Assembly (NCBI GenBank): GCA_965240325.2
Contig: OZ251228.1
Location: forward strand, 2,418,001 to 2,482,000
Direction of reading: 5' to 3'
Length of the DNA stretch: 64,000 nt
From: Rebecca billardiae RCC1528
Taxonomy: Eukaryota > Protista > Haptophyta
In this document: one piece after another, positions 1 to 10,763 of the stretch
Position numbering within the stretch: the stretch's first letter is position 1
How the letters are laid out: every line of letters begins with the position of its first letter
Translations under genes and position numbers: made by a program
The notes under the pieces: model-generated
The model's database searches: none
Told to the model about the DNA's origin: nothing
What the model saw: only the letters and a program-made list of their open reading frames with translations

Positions 1-2610
1 CCGCGGCGGGCATGCGCATCTTGAGCGAGGCCCGCAGGAAGCCGAAGCGGCGCACCGCCTCCGGCGCGCGCGGCATCCTCGCGCGGCCGCGCCGCTCGAA
101 GATGGGCGGGCGGTGCAGCGGCTGCGCGGCCGAGTGCACCTTCTCGTACGACAGCTCGCGCGCCTCCTCGACCGTCAGGATGTCCGTCTCGAACATGGAG
201 GCGATCACGGCGTTCCAGAGCAGTGCCCACTTGCGCTCGATGATCGGGTGCATCGTCGGGTACAGCAGCGCGCGCATCGGCTGCGGCCGCGCCTTGCCGT
301 CCGTCGGGAACACCTGCGCGACGAACGCGGCCGGCAGGTCCGCCATCCGGCGCAGCGGCACCTGCGACGCCGACTTGCGCGGCCCCTGGAAGTACAGGAT
401 GCTCAGCCCGCGGAGCGTGCCGAAGATGACGCAGCCGACGATGTACCAGTGGTACGTGGACGAGAGGTAGACGAGCATGCCCGAGATCCACACGACCAGC
501 TGCTGCATCGAGCGCGTGAGCAGCTCGGGCGCGGCGGCGAGCTGCGGCGGCAGCGTTGGGTCGTTGCTGATCCGTCCGAGCAGCCCGTGCAGGTCGAGCC
601 GCAGCGTGGCGATCGCCACGCCGCGGATCACGACGACGAGCTCGACCATGCCCTTCAGCCCGAAGACGACGAGCCAGAAGAGGACGACCGCGACCCCCGC
701 ATACTGCGGCATGTACACGTTGTTGTCGAACTCCCTCGCCCTGCGCATGAAGGTGCCCGGGTTGAAGGTGGTGCGCAGCACGACCGCGGCCGAGTGCACG
801 ACAAACAGCGTGCGCACCGTCTCGTTCCTCGGGTACGCGAGGAAGACGGCGAAGAGGCCGAGCTGCAGCAGGTACGGCAGCGCCTTGTCCGGCTGCAGCA
901 GCGTCTGCCAGATCGTCGCGCCCGGCTTGAGCCGCATCTTCGCGCCGTCCGCGACGATCTGCACGAGGCCGGGCGCGAGCAGGCCCGCAAAGATGGGCGC
1001 GTTGTCGGTCGGCTTCATCCACTCGCCGTCCGGCACGTACAGCTGGAGCGCGACGAGCAGCAGCATGTAGAAGGAGGCGACGTGGTACGTGATGATGCGC
1101 GCAAAGCCGCCGAGCAGGTTCCACCACGCGTGGATCTCGTTGTGCCGCTTGCACCCGGCGAGCGAGGCCTTCCAGTCGACGTGGCGCAGCGCCTCCCACC
1201 GCTCCTCCTTGGGCAGCTGGATGATGGCGCGCCCGTCGTGCGTCACGATCTTGTTGATGCGCTCGTGCGTCCAGAACTGCTCGTTCCAGTCGTCGTAGTT
1301 GACGCGTGTCTCGGTGTTCCTGAGCGGCCGCTCTATCGGCGCGCCCCTCGCAGAGAGCCCCTTGAAGTTGTACGAGAAGAAGTACTCGTACAGCGGGCGG
1401 ATGTACGCGCGCAAGTAGCGAGACTCGGGCCCCGGCCCAGCGTCCGCCGCCGCCTTCGCCGCCTTCGTCGAGTGGCGCTTCGAGAGCCCCGCCTTGGGCG
1501 TCAGGATGGGCGTCGGCTCGAGCGGGCCCTTCCGCTGGCCCATCCAAGCGTCGTCGAACGGCTGCGACTCCTCGTCCTCCTCCTCCTCATCTTCCGACTC
1601 GAGGATGGACTCGCCGCCCCACGACGGCCGCGCCGAGCGCTCGCCGCCCATCGAGGGGCGCGCAACGCGGTACGCGTTGGTGTGCGCGCGCAGCGTGGCG
1701 AGCGACTGCGCCTCGAGCGTATTCGCCGCGACCGAGCGGCGCGCCGAGGCCGGCCCAGACTGCCCGACCGACAGGCGGCCCGCGTGCGGCGTCTGAGCGC
1801 GGGAGGAGCGGCCGCTGGTGTTGCGTGTCCCCAGCGGGCCGCCGGGCGAGTGCGCGGGCTGGCTCGGCGAGGGCTGGCTCAGCTGAGCGTGCTGCCCGCG
1901 CGTCGACCACCTCTGCTGCTCGCCCTCCGCTGGGCGACCCTCGCGGAGTGTGGGTGTGGGCGGCGCGATGACCGGCGGCGGCCGTGAGACGGACGCCCAC
2001 GTGCTCGTGCCCGCGTCTGCGACGGCGAGCAGCGGCCCGCTCGGCGAGGGGGGGGCGGCGGCCACGGCGTCCTCGGCCGCCCTCGCCTGCGCGGCCGCAT
2101 ACGCCGCCTCCTCCGCCTTCACCGCCAGCTCCTCCGCGCTCGGCGGCGGCGGCACGTACTGGCGCGCGCACTCGAAGAAAAAGCAGAGAATCTCGGGGCA
2201 GAAGCGGATGTTGCCCGCCTCGCCCCACAGGCAGAGGTAGAGCGCGAGCTCGCGCAGCCGCTGCGCGTGGTTGGGCACGCGGTACTTGATGAACACGATG
2301 TGCCGCCGCCGCTCGAATGAGTGCAGCCCCGAGCTCACGTCCAGCCAGCGCTCGAACGACTCGAAGGTGAGGTCGTGCAGCTTCTTCGCGCCGATCAGCT
2401 CGTCCTGGTACGCCGCCGTGGTCGCCGCCCACATCTGCGTGAGGTGCACGTGCTGGTTGGCCACCGAGTCCGGGTCGAAGCCGTAGATGTGCTCCAGCTC
2501 GATGAACATCTTCGCGAGGTCGTCGATCGCCTCGCCGGAGAGGTTTGTCGCGGGCGTGTTGCCCGAGATGAGCGCGGACTCGGGCGCGCGCCGCGGCGCT
2601 TGAGCCTGCG

Positions 2611-2656
<46 letters not shown>

Positions 2657-5436
2657 CGCCAGGTCGCCGTGCGGCGCGCCCGCCGCGCCCGCGCCCGCCG
2701 CGCCCGCGCCCAGCGCGGCGCTCGCGCCGCCTTCGCCGGCCCCGGCGGGCTCCAAGTCCTCCTTCGAGGACGAGACGAACCCCCTGCGCAGGCCCTTCCC
2801 GTGCGGGCTGTCAGCGCCCGCGCGCACTGGCACGAGTCGGTCCAGCCCGGCCTTGTCGCGCGGGCGGCGAGAGTAGCCGCGGGTCATGCGCGCACGCGCG
2901 CGGAGCTTCGCCCTCGAGCTCAAGCGCCGCGCCTTCGCCGCCGCCGCCGCGGCCAGCTCGCTCGCCCGCTCGCGCATCAGCGGGTGCGCGAGCGGGACGA
3001 GCACGCACGCCCAGCAGCACGCGACCACAGCCATCACCCAGAGCCACCACGGCTCGGGCGGGCGCTGCCAGCAGTAGCCCATCTTGCCGAGCAGCGCGCA
3101 GCACTCCGCGCCGCCGTGCACCTCCTCCGCCCACGCGCGCAGCACGTGGTTCGCGCGCTGCCGAATCGAGCAGCCGCGGTACTTGCCGCCGGGCATCACG
3201 TTGAGGCACGCCTCGATGCCGGCGCTCGCGTTCACGCGCGTGTGCGTCTCGTTCATCGCGCGGTCGCACTGCAGCGCGATGATCTCCTCGAGGTCCTCGT
3301 ACTTGTCGAAGGGGAGCGCCGTGCAGATCGGCTCCGCGCGCGGGACCGCCGCGAAGTCGTGGTCCGACAGGTTGCGGCACGTCTTCCCCCAGCCCACGCT
3401 GCGCGCACGGCAGAGCGGCCCGCACCAGTCCTGCTCGCAGATGCAGATGTGCGAGTCTGTCTCCGTGCAGTTGGCGTCCCACGAGGCGCACTGCACCTTG
3501 GTGCACGTGCCGTGCGGCCCGCAGTAGGCGGGATCGGTCAGGTTGCACTCCCGCCCGCCGTACACGATCTCCTTGTAGTACTCCTCCTCGAGGTACGGCG
3601 TGTAGAAGACGCGGTGCTCGTGGATGAACTCGTGCGTCGGCAGGTGCGGCGGGTCGCACGTGAGCTGCTCCTTGCCCTCCTCCTGGTAGAGGCGGATGTG
3701 CTCGATCTCGTACCGCGCGGGCAGCTCGGCGCACAGCTCGCCCAGCCACTCCCGGTTGTTCAGGTACTCGCCCGTCTGGTCGTCGTAGATGATGCACGTC
3801 GTGCACACGGAGCGCTTGCAGTCGACGCAGCAGTCGCACGCGTACTCGGGGCACCAGCGCCAGCCCCAGCGCGGCGCCATGTCGATGTTGAGGATGAAGT
3901 ACATGGCCTCGCGCGGCATCTCGCGCGGGAGCATGGTGCCCGACATGTCGGACGTGTACGGGCTCCCGGCCACGTCCTTGAACGTCATCGGCCGCTCCTT
4001 CGCAACCGACCACGCCGGCACGTGGAACTGCTTGTTGTCGTCGAGCGTGAAGAAGGTGAAGCCGTCAGGGCCCGTCTTCCACTGCGCCTGCCACGTGTGC
4101 TGCTCGGAGAAGTGGGTCTCCCTGAGCATCGTGCACGCGGAGAAGGCGTCGGTGTGCATCAGCTTGCCGTGCGGGTAGTACTCGTCGCCCTGCGCGCACG
4201 CGCAGCACGGTGGGAGCAGGCGACGCGGATCGCGTGAGAGAGCGCGCGCGCGCGGGCGCGTGCGCGCTCGCGCGCGCTCGCGACACGCACCCAAAACTCG
4301 TAGTTGATCGCGACGTCGTAGTACGTGCCGTACGGCTGGTACGGGCCGTCGGGGGTGGTCGAGTTCACGTCGTTCAGCCCGTACCTGTCCGCCCACGGGT
4401 ACAGCTCCTCGTAGTACTGCAGCTTGACGGTGCCGTCCACGTCCGTGTAATTCTCGGGCACGCAGCCGAGCACCGGCCGCTCGAGCGCGTACTTGTGCTG
4501 CCCCGGCCCGGCCTGCACGGAGGTGCACACGAAGGGCTGCTTCGTGCGGATGCGGCGGAGCATGTCGGCCGGCTGTGGCCCGCAGATCCCGCCGTCGACC
4601 TTGCTCTGGTAGTCGTACAGGTAGTTTCCAGGCATCGTCTCGATGATGTCAATCTCGGGCGCGCCTCGGCCCACGCCGTAGTCGCACTTGTGCAGCTTCT
4701 GCGAGCCGAACTGGTTGGCCTCGTAGTCCTTCTCATCAGGGCACTGGTCGAAGTTGAACGGCCAGACATTGTCCGTGCTGTCCTTGAACGTCGCGCGCCC
4801 CAGGTTGCCCATCAGCCAGAAGGCGGGCCACAGCCCGCCGACGTCGTGCCGCGCGGGCATCTGCGCCTTTAACTCCATGAAGCCCTCGGTGAAGCAGAAC
4901 TTGTTCCTGCGAGGAGGCGGGGCGGGGCGGGGCGGCGGGCTGGCGGGTCGGCGGCGAGCGTGCGACGCGCACGCGCGCGCGCGCGCGCACGCGCGCGATC
5001 CGCACCATGTCTGCATCATGGGCGTCTGATAGTAGCGCATCAGGTCCGGGTCGTACGGAGAGTACCAGTTCTCGTTGTTTGCGACGAGGACGAGCTTGCC
5101 GCCTTCGGTCCACGCGAGCGACGAGTTGTAGTAGTTGTACTGGTAGTTACTGTAGACCGGCGCGTTGAGCCCCGTCCACAGCGGGTCGTCGCCGTCGTTG
5201 AACGTGCGGTTGTCCATCTCGAACTCGTCCGAGTACACGAGCTTGTACCGGATGCCGCGCCTGGTGATCCAGCGGGCCTCCATCGGCGTTTCCGGGTCGA
5301 CGTACTCGGTCCACTCCACGTCATCCTCTGCGGCCACCCCAGGCGCCACGGCAGGCAGCAGGAGCGCGAGCAACGCCACCGCGAGGCGGCGCCGTGCCAA
5401 AGCCGCGCCAAGGGGTGCGTGTCGCGCGACACCCAT
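1..5436 (-). CDS. KRE6/SKN1-like GH16 beta-glucan transglycosylase fused to FKS1/callose-synthase-type 1,3-beta-glucan synthase (GT48); 3' partial. Exons 5436-5006, 4906-4291, 4189-<1
   Basis: ATG 5436, signal-peptide-like LAVALLALLLPAVAPGVAA. KRE6 motifs YKLVYSDEF, MMQTW|NKFCFTEG (intron 4907-5005), GLWPAFWLMGNLGRA, RGAPEIDIIE (ExDxxE). After intron 4190-4290 a stop-free frame of 1396 codons runs to base 2: TM WWLWVMAVVACCWACVLV (~3050-2995), FKS1_dom1 motif LALYLCLWGEAGNIRFCPEILCFFF (~2250-2175), NYDDWNEQFW, several TM helices, WNAVIASM and PEAVRRFGFLRASLKMRMP at the start of the synthase catalytic region. Confidence 0.9.
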
Positions 5437-5583
5437 CGTCGATCGCTCGTTGGCCGGCGCGCCTTGCCTCGCCGTCCGCCGTTCCGGTTCCGGTAATCCG
5501 GTCGGGTCGAAGAGGAGACGAACACACGCCGAGCACAACGGTCTCGCCGAGCGCACTCCTCGAGCTCGGGGGAGCGATCGAAA
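5437..5583. promoter_or_regulatory. Probable compact bidirectional promoter
   Basis: Only 147 bp separate the divergent ATGs at 5436 (-) and 5584 (+). Confidence 0.55.
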
Positions 5584-8371
5584 ATGCAGCTCGCCACCGC
5601 CGCCGACAGCGTGCTCGTGTGGGACGCGTCGTCGCTGGTGGAGCCACAGCTTGAGTACCGCGAGCACGGCGACGCGCAAGTCTACTGCGCCCGATGGAAC
5701 CACAACGTACGGCCGCGTGCGACCGGCGTGCGCCGCGCGCGCGCCGCGCGGCGGCGAGGATGGAGGGCGGCGCGTCACCCTGCCCTCTCCCGCGGGCGCT
5801 CCCGCGCGCGCTCCCGCGCGCGCCTGCCCCGTGCGCGCCCCGTGGCTGCAGAATCGGGTGATCGCCTCGTCCGGCGATGACGGCAGCATCCTCCTGCACA
5901 GCGATGCCGGCACGCGCGATCTGATGGGCGCGGAGCCGGGCGCGCACTCGCCCGCGCTCGCGCTCGCCTTCAGCGGCGGCTCGCGCTTCCTATGCGCGGG
6001 CGGGGCGGACTCGGTGATCAGGCTGTGGGATCTGAGGCAGCAGGCGAGCGCGGCCCGCCCGCGCCGGATCCACGCGCACGGCTCGGCCGTCACGTGCGTG
6101 TGCTGGGCGCCCGAGCGCGCGGCCGACTCGGCGCGCATGCTGCTCACCGCCGGCTCGGAGCTCGGCGAGGTGACGACGCACGCCGTGCGCGCGCCGGACG
6201 ACGAGCCGGCGTGTGTCTCGCGGCTGATGCTCGGCGACGGCCAGCTCGACCTGGCGTGCACCGCCGTGCAGTACTCGCCCATCCGGCGCACGACGCTCGC
6301 GAGCGCCGACTCGTCCGGCGCGGTGCGGCTGTGGGACATTGCCGCGGCGTCGCGCGACGGCGCGGACGGCGGCGCGCCGACGCACGAGTTCGCCGAGCAC
6401 TCGCTGCCGTGCGCGGGGCTGGCGTGGTCCGCCGTGAACCAGCTGCTCCTCGCCTCCGTCGGCGCGGACGGCACCATCGTCTTCTACGACACGGCGCAGC
6501 GCAAGGCGGTGAAGCGCGTGCAGCTGGACAGCGGGCTCACGTGCGCCGCCTTCTTCGGCGACGGCGTGACGATCGCGGTGGGCACCGACGAGGGCGCCGT
6601 GCACCTCTTCGACCTGCGCAAGAGCCTCACGCCGCTGCAGAGCGCCGTCGCCTCGGCGAGCGGCTCGCCCGTCGCGGACATCATGTTCCAGCACGTGCTC
6701 GCGCCGCCCGCCACCGCGCCCTCGCCCTCGCCCTCGCCCTCGGCCGCGGACGCGGACGCGGACGCACGCGAGCGCACGCCGGGCAGCGGCGAGCGCCCAG
6801 CCGCAGCCGGCGCGGCCGACGAGCCAGCGCCCACCCGCCAGCACGGGCGGGCCGAGCGCGTCTCGCCCGAGCTGCGCGAGCAGTACCCGCCCGTCGCCGA
6901 GCTGCAGCGCGGCGTGCGCCGAGGCTCGGAGGACAAGCTGAGCGCGCGCGCGCCGCCGCCGCCGCCGCCGCACAAGCACGCCCCTGCCGCCGACGGCGCG
7001 CATGGGCACTCACGCCACGCGTCCGACCCGGAGGACGACTCCGGAGCCCGTGCGCCCCTGAGCGCGCTCGAGAACACCAAGCCCACGCGCTCGGGCACCG
7101 CGCAGCCGGAGGCGCCCTCGGCCAGCGGCGATGGCGCGCCAAGCCTGCGGCGCGCGCCCGCCCAGCCGCCGTCAGCAGCCGGCGCGGAGGTGCGCACCCC
7201 CAGCGCCGAGTCGGGCGCCGGCTCGCGCGCGCGCGCCACGGCCGCCGAGGAGGGGCGTGGCAGCGGCGACGCGCGCAGCGGGCCGACGGGCGCGCACGCA
7301 CGCGCCCCCCGCGCCGCGCCTGAGGCCACGCCGTGGCTGGGCGGCACGGCGCAGGCCGAGCGCGGCGGCGGCAGGCACGCGGCCGCACTGCTCTCGCCGG
7401 AGGGCCCGGCAGGCTCTGGCGCGCCCATCCCACAGCCGGTCTTCAGCGACGTGGGCTCGGAGGCGCGCAGCGGCAGCGGGGCGGCCTCGTCACGCAGCGG
7501 GCGCGGGGACGGGCCGGACGCTGCGGCGGCGCGCGCGCCTGAGCTGCGCGCGCCGACGCCCGCCTCGACCTCGCCTGCCGCGGCCAGCGGGGGCGAGCGG
7601 GCGGGCGCTGCGCACGCGCGCCACGCGCATCGCGCGTCGAGTGTGTCGGTCAGCTCGGCGAGCACTGTCGCCTGCAGCACAGGCTACGAGGTGCGCGCGC
7701 GCGCAGCCGTGCGCGCGTACGCACCACCGCAGCGCCGCGCGCTCGGCGGCGTGGCCGGTTTGGAGGGCGTGCTGCGTGCGGCTGCGACCCCCTCGGCGCC
7801 GTACTCACGCCCACCCGCCCAACCCCCGCCCCCCCCCCCGCCCCGACCCCCTCGCCGCTCTAGGCGGTGGCGTGCGCCACCGGCGCTGCGGCAGCGCCCG
7901 CCCCGTTGGCCACCACCTTCGCAGCGGAGCTGGCCGCGAGCTCCACCCAGCTGGGCGCAAAGCTGGAGGAGGCGCTGCAGGACACGCGCGAGGCGCTGCA
8001 CGCCGACATTCGGGACCTGCACGTCGAGCTGCTGCGCCAGTTCCAGCTGTGCACGGTGCGCCGCGGTCGGGCCGCGCGGGCTGCGCGCACGGCCGAGCGT
8101 GCGCTGCGCTGGGCAGGCTGTGCACGGCAGTGGCGCGCGCGCGCGAGTCCACAAGAGCGTGCGGCACCGTCGCGCTCGAGAGGTGCGCGAGCGCTCACAT
8201 GCCCCGCGCGCGCCGACGCCGCCTGTTCGCCAGGCACACTTTGAGCGGCAGCTCGAGCGCAACAACGAGCAGGTGCGGGCGCTCAGTGCCGAGGTGGGCG
8301 ACTTGCGCGCGCAGAACGCGTCGCTCGCAGCTCAGCTGCAGGACCGTGACGGAGTTCATCCCGCCGACTAG
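5584..8371 (+). CDS. NEDD1: NEDD1/GCP-WD, gamma-tubulin ring complex targeting WD40 protein; exons 5584-5706, 5852-7690, 7864-8055, 8234-8371
   Basis: N-terminal WD40 repeats (ARWNHN|NRVIASSGDDG, LCAGGADSVIRLWDL, LASVGADGTIVFYD), low-complexity linker, C-terminal coiled coil LHADIRDLHVELLRQF typical of NEDD1. Three GT-AG introns restore one frame. Confidence 0.85.
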
Positions 8372-8461
8372 CGCGTTCGGCTCGCAGGCCCATCATGGAT
8401 TCACGGCATTCACGCGCCGGCGGGATCAGCGCACTGTTAGCAGCAGCGCAATATCATCAAT

Positions 8462-8788
8462 AATATATATATATTAATATATATATTAATATATATAGAT
8501 AGATAGATATATACTATATAGAGAGATAGAGATAGAGATAGATCAGATAGCCGTCCTGGAAGGGCCTGCGCCATCCAGATGCAGCGAGGAGGCGAGGCAC
8601 ACGCCGGGCAGGGCGAAGCCACGCGGCGAGATACCAGACTCTATACATATTGAATATGGGATTTTTGTTCCTCGGAAACATCAAAGACAAAGTGCGAGCG
8701 GCAGCCGCTCAGGCCCGGAGCGCGCTACACCGGACTGGCCGCTCGACCGCGGGCTCGACGCCGACAGACGCGCGGTGTGAATATACAC

Positions 8789-8879
<91 letters not shown>

Positions 8880-9281
8880 TGTGGGGTTATTGGCACAATA
8901 ACTGATTGTCTAAGAGGACGGTGGGAGCGCAATGCGTTGTACCAACACCTGCCTGCCATTCGGCCTGAGCCAGGCGGCCGAGCTCAGGTCCGGCTGCCAT
9001 CTCGGCCACCCTCTTCTCGTTCCACGAGGGCTTTCGAGCCTGCTCTGTGCGCACGCACGACGGCCTAGAACGGCTTACTCGCTGCTCTGCTCCTGGGCCT
9101 TAGGCTAATAGGCGAGGTTGGCATGATGGCGGTCAGGACGGCCAATATCATAAAGTCTGGCATCTCGCCGCGTGGCTCCGCCCTGTCCGGCGTGTGCCTC
9201 GCCTCCTCGCTGCATCTATATCTATATCTATATCTATATCTATATCTATATCTATATCTATATCTATATCTATATCTATAT

Positions 9282-9356
<75 letters not shown>

Positions 9357-9430
9357 CGCGTCAGCGCGCGCGCGCCGGACGATAAATTAAATATCATGTA
9401 TGCTGCATTATACTTAATATATATATATAT
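8462..9430. repeat. Microsatellite cluster, (TA)n, (CA)n 8793-8866, (ATCTAT)n 9214-9280, (TG)n 9298-9343, with a 64-bp inverted repeat 8577-8640 / 9154-9217
   Basis: Read directly; the IR arms differ at 3 positions. Confidence 0.9.
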
Positions 9431-9720
9431 CATCTTCACCATGACCAATGTCCAATCCGCCTGATCGTCCAACGGCAGCGGCGGCGCGCGGAACTTCCGT
9501 TAGTAGTGACAGTGGCCGCGCGCCGACTCCGGGCGGCGGCCCTCCGTGGCTCCGATCATCCGAATCGTAGTTACCGTGTCCGCCTGTTCCGGATGGAGGC
9601 GTTCTTGGAGCACCGCCTCGATTCGGGGCACTTGGCTCGGACGGTTGGCACCGACGGCAGCCAGGCCGCCGCAGCCGAGACAGACATCGACGGGGTGGCT
9701 GGGAACACGCTGACAACGGC

Positions 9721-10314
9721 TTAGTCGGTCGCAGCGTCGGTCGCAGCATCGCGCAAACAGGCAAGCTCAATGTACAACTTGGCAAGGTCCCGAAAGTGAG
9801 CACCGTATGAGTGAGCGTCAGAGACGCTCGTCCCAAGCCTGAAGTGAGCATCACTCCAGTCAATGACAGAATGGAGTACCTGCAGCGGGGAAGAGCGCGG
9901 AGGCACCCACCTTGCGCCCCTGCAGTGGACTGTGCGCGACTGGAGGTCGTACGCGATGCGCTTGTAGCCACCCATGTCGGGATGGTTCTCACGGAGGCCG
10001 TAGTAGGACATTTGGGCATACGCAAGCGCGTCCAGCAGCTGCTCGTCCGTAGGACAAGTGGGCACACCACCGCGCGGCGGCGTGAAGTCCACAGACCGCC
10101 TGCGGACTTCACGCCGATATACGCGCAACTCGCAGGCGAGGGAGCCAGCATACTTCAAGTCGAAGCCAACTCCGCAGGGTCCAGGCGCCACAAGAACCGA
10201 GCGATCGCGTGCCACGTTGCACCAACGCCGGCATGCGCGGTTTTCCGTTTCAGTCATGACGTTCTCCTCGGAATCATAGCCCACATCGAGCGCAAACTGG
10301 GGATCAGGGTCCAT
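9721..10314 (-). CDS. Hypothetical protein (~197 aa), possibly repeat-derived
   Basis: Intronless ORF MDPDPQFALDVGYDSEE... with balanced, globular-looking composition and lower GC than neighbouring genes; no recognised motif. Confidence 0.3.
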   Translation of the reverse strand: MDPDPQFALDVGYDSEENVMTETENRACRRWCNVARDRSVLVAPGPCGVGFDLKYAGSLACELRVYRREVRRRSVDFTPPRGGVPTCPTDEQLLDALAYAQMSYYGLRENHPDMGGYKRIAYDLQSRTVHCRGARWVPPRSSPLQVLHSVIDWSDAHFRLGTSVSDAHSYGAHFRDLAKLYIELACLRDAATDAATD

Positions 10315-10763
10315 GAGGCCGTGCGAGAGCGTACGCCTCGTGCCGAGAGCGCGATGAAGTCGTGCCACGAGCCGGCCCAAATGCGTCACCACCGTCCTTC
10401 CACGGACCAAGGGGGTTCGACGGACCATCTAAACCCCAGCCTTCCGGACTCCACGACGCAGCGCGGCGCTGCGCCGCTAGTTTGTCAAGTTACCCGCGGC
10501 GCGTGGCGCGCTTTCCCATTGGCCGTGGTCGGTGACCGCCACATGCCTGCAGAACTACTTTATTACTCATTCGGATGCAAGCATAGTAGCAGTACCCCCA
10601 TATAGGGGTATTGTACTGCTTACAAGACGCGAGAGGATCTTGGACCACCACACGAAAACCGGGGATGGGCCGCGCGGGTGGGCGCATCGTCGCGTGAACG
10701 AGCTGGTGCAAGAGCTTCGTGCGCGGCACCCTGCCGTTCGGACAGCGCGATCACAGCGCCGCC

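Noticed and set aside
2560-2950. Two separate genes (KRE6-like and FKS-like) split at the low-complexity linker
   Set aside because: No in-frame stop, no intergenic-type sequence and no need for an intron; the frame and membrane topology are continuous.
113-4237. Long plus-strand ORFs 113-1987 and 2321-4237
   Set aside because: In-register antisense shadows of the minus-strand glucan synthase fusion; Arg/Val/Leu-rich with no motifs.
5437-6477. N-terminal extensions of ORFs 4159-6477 (-) and 5165-8371 (+)
   Set aside because: They overlap the opposite gene. The likely starts are ATG 5436 (signal peptide) and ATG 5584 (first WD repeat).
8650-9472. Short ORFs with HT/YI/CV/IS runs (also 31273, 55319-55620, 57228-57593)
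   Set aside because: Translations of dinucleotide or hexanucleotide microsatellites.
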